Below the pieces are notes generated by a model. The model had not been told where the DNA came from. It worked only from the letters and a program-made list of their open reading frames with translations, and did no database searches. Shown here piece by piece: positions 12,121 to 22,969 of a stretch of DNA of 64,000 nt; the stretch's first letter is position 1, and every line of letters begins with the position of its first letter. The DNA comes from Octopus sinensis. Its lineage: Eukaryota. The stretch lies in the NCBI RefSeq assembly GCF_006345805.1, contig NC_043010.1, positions 9,796,001-9,860,000 of the forward strand, given 5' to 3'. Position numbers and translations under genes: made by a program.

Positions 12121-12860
12121 CAGGGTGTGATAGTTAATTAAGAACATATTTAGTAATTTAATAAAACAACTTTATTCTAGCAAATACCTAGCAAAATTCT
12201 AGCAAAATTCTAGCAAAATTCTAGCAAATACCTAGCAAAATTCTAGCAAATACCTAGCAAATACCTAGCAAAATTCTAGCAAAATTCTAGCAAAATCTAG
12301 CAAATACCTAGCAAAATTCTAGCAAAATTCTAGCAAATACCTAGCAAAATTCTAGCAAAATTCTAGCAAATACCTAGCAAAATTCTAGCAAATACCTAGC
12401 AAAATTCTAGCAAAATTCTAGCAAATACCTAGCAAAATTCTAGCAAAATTCTAGCAAAATTCTAGCACAATTCTAGCAAATACCTAGCAAAATTCTAGCA
12501 AAATTCTAGCAAATACCTAGCAAAATTCTAGCAAAATTCTAGCAAATACCTAGCAAAATTCTAGCAAAATTCTAGCAAATACCTAGCAAAATTCTAGCAA
12601 AATTCTAGGAAATACCTAGCAAAATTCTAGTAAAATTCTGGCAAAATTCTAGCAAAATTCTAGCAAAATTCATGCATGTGTTCTTGTTTAGTTTTTTTTT
12701 TGTTTTTTATACAAATATTCTATGAATCCATCTTCAGCTTCTTTGAGTGTGTCAATTTGTGGCCAGAATTTGCCGACGTGCTTGCACTAGTTGGTACTTA
12801 ATCATTTCAGATATTACCTGAAGGATGACGGCCTTCAATGAAGGTACGGTATTGTCGTCG
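12121..12860 (-). mobile_element. 3' end of a decayed Tc1/mariner-superfamily element
   Basis: TA|CAGGGTG terminus at 12119..12127. Minus-strand 12860..12715 reads TVPSLKAVILQVISEM...ARRQ/FWPQIDTLKEAEDGFIE across one frameshift, resembling Tc1-family transposase C-termini. Confidence 0.55.
12177..12670. repeat. Tandem array of 45 x 11-bp units (CTAGCAAAATT / CTAGCAAATAC)
   Basis: Units counted directly; one is 10 bp, and four of the others carry single substitutions. Confidence 0.97.
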
Positions 12861-13373
12861 GAATGATATTATCGATATGATGATGATAAGGAGGAAGAAG
12901 ACGTGAAAGAGAAAGTGAAGAATGATAATGACAATGATTAATGGAGATGACTGATTATTATGGAATGTGACTTATTTGATCATATTTTCTCGTCACTATT
13001 TCTGCTTGGGTGCTGAAGTCTACGCTTTACTGAAGTGGCTCGATATAAATAAAATGCGAATGGAGTTGTCTCCCATACTCAAAATAATTAAAATCAGCTT
13101 GACCCATGGTTATTTTTCTTTTCTTTTTTTTTCTTTTACTTGTTTCAGTCATTTGACTGCGGCCATGCTGGAGCACCACCTTTAGTCGAGCAAATCGACC
13201 CCAGGGTTTATTCTTTGTAAGCCCAGTACTTACTCTATTAATCTCTTTTGCTGAACTGCTAAGTTACGGGGATGTAAACATACTAACATTGGTTTTCAGG
13301 TGATGGTGAGGAGATAAACAAAGACACAAAGACACGCATAAATATATACATATATACATATACATATATATAC

Positions 13374-13413
<40 letters not shown>

Positions 13414-13418
13414 CTATG

Positions 13419-13608
13419 AAATAATATGTTACATTTACTCAATAGTCAAGATAAAACTCTGAGTTTCAGATGCCGAAGTGGAAATCCACAACACCATCTC
13501 TTCGGTTATCTGGCCAGATAACCGAAGAGATGGTGTTGTGGATTTCCACTTCGGCATCTGAAACTCAGAGTTTTATCTTGACTATTGAGTAAATGTAACA
13601 TATTATTT
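13419..13608. mobile_element. Perfect 190-bp spacer-less palindrome (Penelope-like tail-to-tail structure)
   Basis: 95-bp arms checked base by base, centre TGG|CCA at 13513/13514. The unique extension 13609..13682 is shared with 61826..61897. Confidence 0.85.
13516..13578 (+). ncRNA. Putative type-I hammerhead-ribozyme-like motif (mirror copy on minus strand 13449..13511)
   Basis: AGATAA-CCGAAGA-GATG...CATC-T-GAAA-C TCAGA G-T-T-TTATCT: 6-bp stem I, long stem II, short stem III, GUU triplet. Deviations are U4C and one extra nt before GAAA. Confidence 0.5.
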
Positions 13609-13726
13609 TACAGATAAATTTCCTCTATTTACATAATATTGAGGTCTCATTCTTTCTTTTGTTATCTTACCGTTTTTACCAATATATATATACATACATA
13701 TATACATACATATATATATATATATA

Positions 13727-13762
<36 letters not shown>

Positions 13763-14047
13763 AATATGGCGGGCTTGTTTCAGATTCTGTCTACTAAATC
13801 CACTCACAAGGCTTTGATCAGCTTGAGGCTATAGTAGAAGATACTTGCCCAAGGTGCCGAACAGTAGAACTGAACCTGGAATTATGTGGTTGGGAAACAA
13901 GTTTCTTACCACAGAGCCACTAAGAAACAAATTAGGATTTAGAAAACTATGAGTTAGTTACAATGGAATACACTGTCTTCTTCAGCTGCATCATTTTAGT
14001 TTAATTACGAGGATACAGTTTGTGTTAATTGTGGAATATACATAAAT

Positions 14048-14460
14048 AGGTGCAGGAGTGGCTGTGTGGTAAGTAGCTTGCTTACCAACCACATGGTTCC
14101 GGGTTGAGTCCCACTGCGAGGCACCTTGGGCAAGTGTCTTCAACTATAGCCTCGAGCCGGCCAAAGCCTTGTGAGTGGATTTGGTAGATGGAAACTGGAA
14201 GAAGCCCATCGTATATATGTATATATATATATATTTATATGTGTGTGTTTATATGTTTGTGTGTCTTTGTTTGTCCCCCCAACATCGCTTGACAACCGAT
14301 GCTGGTGTGTTTACGTCCCCGTTACCTAGTGGTTCGGCAAAAGAGACCGATAGAATAAGTACTGGACTTACAAAAGAATAAGTCCTGGGGTTGACTAGCT
14401 CGACTAAAGGCGGTGCTCCAGCATGGCCACAGTCAAATGACTGAAACAAGTAAAAGAGTA
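14048..14460 (+). mobile_element. SINE family A, full-length
   Basis: Complete head, body, (TA)n centre and tail. Confidence 0.92.
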
Positions 14461-14714
14461 AATATGTGTACACTCAGATATGTATTATCATCATGATCAT
14501 CATAATCATTATAATCATCACTGTCTTCGATATCATCAGCATCATCATCACCATACGATTATGACCACCATGACTACAACCCCTTTTGGCCGTAGTCTAA
14601 GGTATTGGCGGTAATCTAATGAGAAATAACAGCAATAGTTCTTAGTTTATTATAAATCCTTTTCAATTCTTGGATACTTAATAGAAATATCTATTCAACC
14701 ACAGTGCTTGACTG

Positions 14715-14777
14715 GTACTTTGTTTTATTACCAACACCACCACCACCAGCAGCAGCAGCAGCAGCAACAGCAACAGC

Positions 14778-14817
<40 letters not shown>

Positions 14818-14944
14818 GCAACAGCAACAACAACAACAACAACAACAACACTAGTGCCATCAATGCAACTTCCACCACCCCACCACAAACACCACCATCA
14901 CCACTACCACCACTACCGCCAATACCACCACCACCGCCACTATC

Positions 14945-14975
<31 letters not shown>

Positions 14976-15470
14976 CTAGTACCATCGTCACAACTTCCAC
15001 CACCCCACCACAAACACCACCATCACTGCCACCACCACTACCACCACCACCACCGCCACCACCGTCACTACCACCACCACCACCACCACCGCCACTACCA
15101 CCACCACCACCACCACCACCACCACCGTCACTACGACCACCACCACCACCACCACCACTACCACCACCACCAACAACAACAAAGACAACAACCACAACAG
15201 CAGCAGCAACAACAACAACGCTAGCACCATCATCACAACTTCCGCCACCCCACCACAAACACCACCATCACCGCCACCACCAACACCGTCACTACCACCA
15301 CCGCTGCCACTACCACTGCTGCCGCCACTCCCACCACCACCACCAACAACAACGACAACAACAACAACACAACACTAGTGCCATCAACACAACTTCCACC
15401 ACCCCACCACAAACACCACCATCACCACTACTGTTGCCACCGCCAGTGCTGCCACCACCTCTGGAAGGAT
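14715..15470. repeat. (CAA/CAC/CAG)n array with a reiterated ~60-bp core
   Basis: Core CTAGyrCCATC..CAACTTCC.CCACCCCACCACAAACACCACCATCAC at about 14851, 14977, 15222 and 15375. Confidence 0.88.
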
Positions 15471-16454
15471 GGATGAATGGCTCAGTTGATCTCAGAACTT
15501 GAAGAGTTGCAGCTAAACATTGCAGACATTTCGTCTGATATTCTAATGATTCTGCCAATTCAATGTTTCCATTGACAATTGTTGTTTTATATTCATTCTC
15601 CTACGCTAGAGCAAAGTGAATAGATCAATCAAACACAATCTCTAAGTCTTCTATCACATTGTTTGTAAGGACCCACACTCTCACCCGATCCCATTGCATC
15701 CCCACCACAGTTCTCTCTGAACGTAACTAACCAATTTCATGCCAAGTGTTCCTTTGTCTACCTTTAACTACCATCAACACAGACATTTTTCATTCGTAAT
15801 TTTTCATGATGTTTCAGCTATTTGCATTACTTATCCAAGTTGGTGCATAAAACAACTAGAGTTTGTTGCTTATATATTTTACGAGTAATTAAAATTATAG
15901 AACTGCTTGGTATCAGATAAATTACAGATAGTAAAATGTATGATTCATCATAGACATATTATTTATCATAATCAAATGTTATAGGTAAATCAAAGAAAAT
16001 TTATGTGCACTTTCCATGTTATAGAAGCCATACCAAATATCTATCTTTTATTTCTTCTTATAAGAAATATTCTTATTTTTATCGTGTAGAAACAGAGCTA
16101 GATGCTTGTGATAACAGAGCAATAAAACTGGTGTTGTTCTAAGAAGACAGTGTCAAAAATGACTGGTATAAAGCTTGGTATAAATAAGAAGATAAAATAA
16201 ACTATTATCACACAGCAATGAAATAAGAGTTGCTAATATATAGAGAGAAATATTGGAGAATACCATCAATAAGTAAAAGCTCCTGACAAGACAAGTCCTT
16301 GACCTGATTTTTATTCTTGGCTGTGGCTATTTCCCATTCATTTGCTTCCCTAATATCATTCAGTAAGATGTGGGTGAGTTTCTACTCTCGTGGTAGGGGA
16401 TCATTTTAGTACCAGAGCTGACTTACCAGTGTATAAGAACTTGTGAGGAGATCT

Positions 16455-16760
16455 CATCATCATCATCATCATCATCGTTTAACGTCCGTTTTCCGCACTA
16501 GCATGGGTTGGACGGTTCGACTGGGGTCTGGGAAGCCAGGGGCTGCACCAGGCTCCAGTCTGATCTGGCAGAGTTTCTACAGCTGGATGCCCTTCCTAAC
16601 GCCAACCACTCCGCGAGTGTAATGGGTGCTTTTTACGTGCCACCTGCACAGGTGCCAGGGGAGCCTGGCATCGGCCACGATCGGTTGGAGCTTTTAACGT
16701 GCCACCGGCACGGAAGCCAGCCAAGGCGGCGCTGGCAACGGCCACGTTCGGATGGTGCTG
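16455..16760 (+). mobile_element. Unclassified interspersed repeat family F ((CAT)n terminus, GC-rich ~60-bp sub-repeats)
   Basis: catcatcgtttaacgtccgttttcc...ggatgcccttcctaacgccaaccactcc; homologues at 19506, 36035, 51017, 55003 and 58552. Confidence 0.85.
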
Positions 16761-17429
16761 TACATGCATAAAGCAATGCATGTATACACACATGCATATG
16801 CAAATAAGATTCAAACTTAAGACTCCAATTTCTTTATGGGAGATCAATCCACAAGATAAAAACAGGTTATAAGAGGATCAGGTTGAGTGGATATAAAGGC
16901 AATTATGCACATAAACAAATTAGATACATCAAATATATTAAATATACTCTTTTCTACTCTAGGTACATGGCCAGAAATTTTGGGGGAGGAGGCCAGTCGA
17001 TTAGATCGACCTCAGTACACAACTGGTACTGAACCCGGAACCATGTGGTTCGTAAGCAAGCTATTTACCACACAGCTACTCCCACACCTATATTAAGAAC
17101 TTTTAAATCATCATCTGTTGTCCTCAAGGGTAATTGCCCTTGGGGGGGTTTATTGTCCATGGGGAAGCAGAAAATGTCCTACACTCCATACACACACACA
17201 AACACCTATATACTAAAGAGACATGTTCAAACAGAGTATAAATGCAGGTGCATACACATACAAACAGAGAATGGGAATCCTCATCTGCATAATTAAGAAT
17301 TGTCTCGTTCTCTCATTTATTTGCATAATTTTATGTTTCAGGAGATACTTATCAAAGATTGGTAATATTCGGTAATGAATTCTTTTATGATTTTTTGTTG
17401 GTATCCAAACATGTTATAGTTTTTAGCTT

Positions 17430-17522
17430 TGAGCCTCTTTTCTGCTATGCATAGACTGCAACTTTCTGTGCCATAGCTATATGGCTTATATCTTTTGATG
17501 AAGTTGTACTTAATGCTGAATA
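17430..17522 (-). pseudogene. Penelope-like GIY-YIG endonuclease C-terminal fragment
   Basis: FSIKYNFIKRYKPYSYGTESCSLCIAEK resembles the W-x-I-x-K-R-x-x-P-Y...C-x-L-C-x-x-EK motif of PLE endonucleases (recognised from memory, not searched). Confidence 0.55.
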
Positions 17523-17726
17523 CAGCAGCATAAGTACCAGTTGAGCATTGGGGTTGATCTAATAAACTTGTCCTCTCTCCAGAACTTGCTGGCTTTGTAC
17601 CAATATTTGAAATCACTTTATCTTAGATTATTATTTGGCTTGCTAAAATGGTTTATATTGTCTGTCTGATTGTCTGTCTATCTATACATATACATACATA
17701 CGTCCTTCCATACATGCATACATTCT

Positions 17727-18065
17727 GAGACCCCCTTCGGTCACGACGCAGACCATGGGGTTGCACCTAGAAAGTTACCCTCCCAGACACAAGTCCGGGC
17801 AAGGTTGTTTATGGAAGACCAGCAGTCGCCCATGCATACCGACCTTCCCTCTCCACACCACCAGTGTTATCCAAGGGAAAGACAAAGGTCGATACAGCTT
17901 GGCACATGTGACGTTGCAACTCATTTCTACAGCTGAGTGAACTGGAGCAACGTGAAATAAAGTGTCTTGCTCAAGAACACAACATGCAGCCTGGTCCGGG
18001 ATTTGAACTCACAACCTCACGATCGTAAGCTCGACGCTCTAACCACTGAGCTATGCACCTTCACA
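17727..18065 (-). mobile_element. tRNA-head SINE family E
   Basis: Minus-strand head aggtgcatagctcagtggttagagcg...gagttcaaatccc. The body is shared with family D; the tail ...ctaggtgcaaccccatggtc is distinct. Confidence 0.85.
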
Positions 18066-18752
18066 TACATACATACATACATACATACATGAAGGAGCCA
18101 TGTGCTTCCACATACATACATACATACATACATATTTCAATGAAAAATGCAAGTAATGAGAAAAAATTAAGTAAATAAATTTGTTGCTCTTTGAACAAAG
18201 TTACTTTTGATAATTACTCTGAAACAGGTTACAGACACTCCCTTGTGGCACTCACCATTAGAAAGGCAGTGAACCAATTATTAGCCCATTGAAAATCTTC
18301 ATCCAATGATGTTAGTATTCACCAACTGTGATAATAAAATATACTAGACAACCACCTCTTGGATTGAACATTTAAATATAATGAAGAAACTGTATTATAT
18401 TTTTGGTGCTTCTCTCTAAATTACCTCAGTATGCCTAGCTGTCAGAAATACCAACCAGATTTTCTAAGAAAGGTGAATAGGGTTATCACATTGTTATAAA
18501 GCTCTGATCATGAAAGGTCAAGTAATTGAAAGGTCACAATATGCAACTTGACCTCAATTAATTGCTATCATATAGATTAGTGGAAAAATTCAAGAGCAGA
18601 CTAGCAGCTATAAATCTAACATTCAATTATTTAATAGACGGGCAGTAGATTGAAAGAATCAGAATCAGGGCAGAAAATGCCTTATCACATTCAGTTATGT
18701 TCCTTTGTGTTGTGAGATCAAATCCTATTAGGTTTTCAGCATTTATTCTTCC

Positions 18753-18938
18753 AGCGCAGGAGTGGCTGTGTGGAGGCGCAGGAGTGGCTGTGTGGTAAGT
18801 AGCTTGCTAACCAACCACATGGTTCCGGGTTCAGTCCCACTGCGTGGCATCTTGGGCAAGTGTCTTCTGTTATAGCCCTGGGCCGACCAATGCCTTGTGA
18901 GTGGATTTGGTAGGCGGAAACTGAAAGAAGCTCTTGTA

Positions 18939-18987
<49 letters not shown>

Positions 18988-19206
18988 ATGTGTGTGTGTT
19001 TGTCCCCCTAGCATTGCTTGACAACTGATGCTGGTGTGATTACGTCCCCGTCACTTAGCGGTTCGGCAAAAGAGACCGATAGAATAAGTACTGGGCTTAC
19101 AAAGAATAAGTCCCGGGGTCAATTTGCTCGACTAAAGGCGGTGCTCCAGCATGGCCACAGTCAAATGACTGAAACAAGTAAAAGAGTAAAAGAGTAAAGA
19201 GTAAAG
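18753..19206 (+). mobile_element. SINE family A, full-length, with duplicated 5' ~20 bp
   Basis: gcgcaggagtggctgtgtgg occurs twice; tail (AAAGAGT)n. Confidence 0.92.
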
Positions 19207-19505
19207 AATAGTAAAATATAAGGACATCATCAAGCTATGGCAGTCAATATAACAAGCTATACCCAACCACGACCACCACCGCAACCATCAACACCAAAAA
19301 TTTGTGACATTGTGCCTAAGATAGAAATCAATATTAAAACTGTTAATTACTTTTCCAGCAACAATTTCGAAGAAAAAAAAAAAAAGTATCATTAATTATG
19401 ATAATTTCTTTAAACAAAAAACAACCAGAAAACAAAACTGAAGACATTTAGAGACTAAGCTGCCATATTAACTAGAAAGCAACAAGAATTTCCAAATATA
19501 TATAA

Positions 19506-20115
19506 AGCACCATCCGTTCATGTTCGTTGCCAGCATCGCCTGGCCCCCATGCCGGTGACACGTAATAGCACCATCCGTTTCGTGGCCGTTTGCCAGCCCT
19601 GTCTGGCCCCCGTGCCGGTGACACGTAAAAACACCATCCATTCGTGTCCGTTGCCAGCCTCACCTGGCCCCCGTGCCGGTGACACGTAAAGGCACCATCC
19701 GTTTCATGGCCGTTTGCCAGCCCTGTCTGGCCCCCGTGCCGGTGACACGTAAAAACACCATCCGTTCGTGTCCGTTGCCAGCCTCACCTGGCCCCCGTGC
19801 CGGTGACACGTAAAGGCACCATCCGTTTCGTGGCCGTTTGCCAGCCCTGTCTGGCCCCCGTGCCGGTGACACGTAAAAACACCATCCGTTCGTGGCCGTT
19901 TGCCAGCTCTGTCTGGCACCTGTGCGGGTGGCACGTAAAAAGCACCCACTACACTCACGGAGTGGTTGGCGTTAGGAAGGGCATCCAGCCGTAGAAACAC
20001 TGCCAGATCTGACTGGGCCTGATGAAGCTTTCCAGCTTCACAGATCCCAGTTGAACCGTCCAACCCATGCTAGCATGGAAAACGGATGTTAAACGATGAT
20101 GATGATGATGATGAT
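19506..20115 (-). mobile_element. Family F element with seven tandem ~61-63-bp sub-repeats
   Basis: gcaccatccg...ggcccccgtgccggtgacacgtaaa reiterated in two alternating variants. Confidence 0.9.
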
Positions 20116-20889
20116 TTTGACTGTGGTACAATGAGATACTCACAGAGCAGAATGAACATTTTCATTCTTTCTATTTTATTCTTAATTCTAAATTGCATTG
20201 ATCTTTTAAAAGATTCTGTAATTATTATCATTGTTGCTGTTATTTTTGTGGTTGTGGTAGTTGGCGGTGGTTATTTTGGATGTTGTTTTTGTTGCCATTG
20301 TTGTTATTACTATTATTCTGTTGTTGTTGTTATTATTCTGTTGTTGTTGTTATTTAATTTTTTTTTTTTTAATTTTTTTTTTACTGATATTGTTTTATTG
20401 TCTTTGTAAGACAGAGAAGCAACAAAACACTGCATCCTTTCTTATTCTGAATCAGAACAACTACCTTCTAATTTCCTCTTGCTTCTCTGTCGACTCTTAT
20501 ACGTTAACGAATTTTAATTATTCCTGATGATTTCTTTTCCTTTTCCTTTTTACTCTTTCACATTTTTTTTTATTCATGTATCTTTCAATTTTTGTTTCGC
20601 TTTTCATTATTTTTTTTTACTGTATCTTTTACCAGCCATCGCTACCACCATAACAAACTAAACACCACCACAACCACAACCACTTCTGTCATCACTACCA
20701 CCACAACAACCATCATCACTATCACTACTATCATCATCACCATAAGCCAGTGTAGAAACCTTTATGTGGTCGATTAATCTGCTAGAAGCAGCAGTCAAAT
20801 CTCTCTAGCAATACATTGTATAGTTTTATGAAATGGCACATCGCATGCTTGCTAGTGTGGATCTAGGTTCCCTACTGATAGCAATAATA

Positions 20890-21150
20890 TGAGATGATGA
20901 TGAGGAGGATGATGATGATGAGAGGGATGAGGATGATGATGATGATGATGAGAAGAATGATGATGATGATGATGATGACGACGACGACGACGACGACGAC
21001 GACGATGATGATGATGATGATGATGATGATATGGTGATGATGATGATGATGATGAGGAGGAGGAGGAGGAGGAGGAGGATGATGATGATGATGATGATGA
21101 TGAAAAGGATGATGATGATGATGACGACGACAACAATGACAATCGCATTA
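20890..21150. repeat. (GAT/GAC/GAG)n array
   Basis: Direct reading. Confidence 0.95.
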
Positions 21151-21544
21151 TGAATGTAACTATCCCGTCTTAAAAATAAGCAATAATTTAGTTTCCAAAA
21201 TCTTATTTCTCTCTGAAACCCTCAATCACGAAATTTATTTACGCAAAGGGGGCAGCTCATACAAACGAGCAGTTTACATAGCATTTAATTTACATATCAA
21301 TTTCATTTCTCAAACAATTGTCTATAAGAAAGAAACCTTTGTGGTTTATTATAACCAATAATACTGGATGGTAAACAGTAAAAAAAAGTAATAACTTCGA
21401 TTATGTTTGATGTAGAATCAATATATTTTCTATAATGGGTAAGTATATCGATCTGTCTTGACTTTTGACAAATCATGAAGCAAGCTTTGTACAGGTAGTT
21501 GGAAAGAATAGAGGAGGATATAGGAGACTTCATGATTGATTCAT

Positions 21545-21784
21545 ATATATTTCTTTATTGCCCACAAGGGGCTAAACATAGAGGGGACAAACAAGGACAG
21601 ACAAAGGGATTAAGTCGATTACATCGACCCCAGTGCAAAACTGGTACTATATTTATCGACCCCGAAAGGGTGAAAGGTAAAGTCGACCTTGGTGGAATTT
21701 GAACTCAGAACGTAACGGCAGATGAAATACGGCTACGCATTTTGCCTGGCATGCTAACGACTCTGCCAGCTCGCCGCCTTAATT
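21545..21784 (-). mobile_element. SINE family B with 10-bp TSD ATTGATTCAT
   Basis: TSD at 21535..21544 and 21785..21794. Confidence 0.9.
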
Positions 21785-21794
21785 ATTGATTCAT

Positions 21795-22178
21795 GGAAGC
21801 ACTCCGTCGGTTATGACGACGAGGGTTCCGGTTGATCCGAATCAATGGAACAGCCTGCTCGTGAAATTAACGTGTAAGTGGCTGAGCACTCCACAGACAC
21901 ATGCACCCTTAACGTAGTTCTCGGGGATATTCAGCGTGACACAGAGAGTGACAAGGCCGGCCCTTTGAAATACGGGTACAACAGAAACAGGAAGTAAGAG
22001 TGAGAGAAAGTTGTGGTGAAAGAGTACAGCAGGGATCACCACCATCCCTGCCGGAGCCTCGTGGAGCTTTTAGGTGTTTTCACTCAATAAACACTCACAA
22101 CACCCGGTCTGGGAATCGAAACCGCGATCCTATGACCACGAGTCCGCTGCCCTAACCACTGGGCCATTGCGCCTCCAC
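21795..22178 (-). mobile_element. SINE family C head/body with an alternative 3' tail
   Basis: The family C head is joined to a tail tgtacccgtatttcaaagggcc...gaactacgttaagggtg; TGATTCAT flanks at 21787 and 22181. Confidence 0.85.
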
Positions 22179-22969
22179 AATGATTCATTCATATATAGTG
22201 TCCTACTGGTATATGTTTTATTGGCCTGCCCCCACTGGCTTTCTCCTCAACAAATTATTTTTTTAAAAAAAAAGGGTGGGGAGAGAATTGAGGGAGTCTT
22301 CTTAGAGTTTCCCAAAGGGCTTTGCTGCAGGACAGAACCCAAAACCATGTGGTTTTGGGTTGCAAATCAAGCTTCCTAACAATGCTGCCATGTTTGTGTC
22401 TATGCATTCACAACTGATTTCTCACAGAGGGAAAGAAAGAGAGAGCGACAGAGAAGAATTAGCTCCAAAGCAGGCCTGGTACTTTATTTATCAACACCTT
22501 AAAATATGAAAAGTAAAGTTGATCTCGACAAGATTTGAACTTAGAGTAGAGGGATCCAAATTGAATGATGCCAGGCATTCTAACTGACTAGTTAATTACT
22601 CTTCTGCTTTGGCACATCACTTTTACTTATATAGGAAACCAGATCATAATCAACGAATTGCTTAATGAATGATGTTGAAATGAATTTCTTTTAAAGTTCA
22701 TATTTAAACACTGACTGGAAATGCCGAATTCAAGATTTTTGAATCTTAAAAATATACACTATATTGCAAATAACATAGGGAACTGACTTCAAGCTTTAAA
22801 AGACTATAGCGCAAGTATTTTGCTGTACATGTTAATCATTGATTCATTCAACACTGATCTAAATTAACACTATAAACTAAATTGTGCACCACATTAAACT
22901 TATCACAGATTGATCTGGATTAACATGACTTGGCCTTCAGTCAAAAACTCAGCTGAATTCTGTTTGTCT

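Larger units (their letters stand above)
13130..13925 (-). mobile_element. SINE family A whose central (TA)n carries a palindromic insertion
   Basis: 3' half at 13130..13340, 5' half at 13765..13925, insert at about 13415..13682. Confidence 0.8.

Noticed and set aside
18254-18325. Minus-strand segment with CAG acceptor and GTGAGT donor as exon 3
   Set aside because: All three frames close within a few codons; chance splice-like motifs are likely.
19506-19940. Regular GC-rich repeats resembling a CRISPR array
   Set aside because: Contiguous tandem units without unique spacers, part of a dispersed eukaryotic repeat, and no cas genes.
20410-20491. 13-bp inverted repeat GACAGAGAAGCAA
   Set aside because: Too short to distinguish from chance in this purine/pyrimidine-biased stretch.
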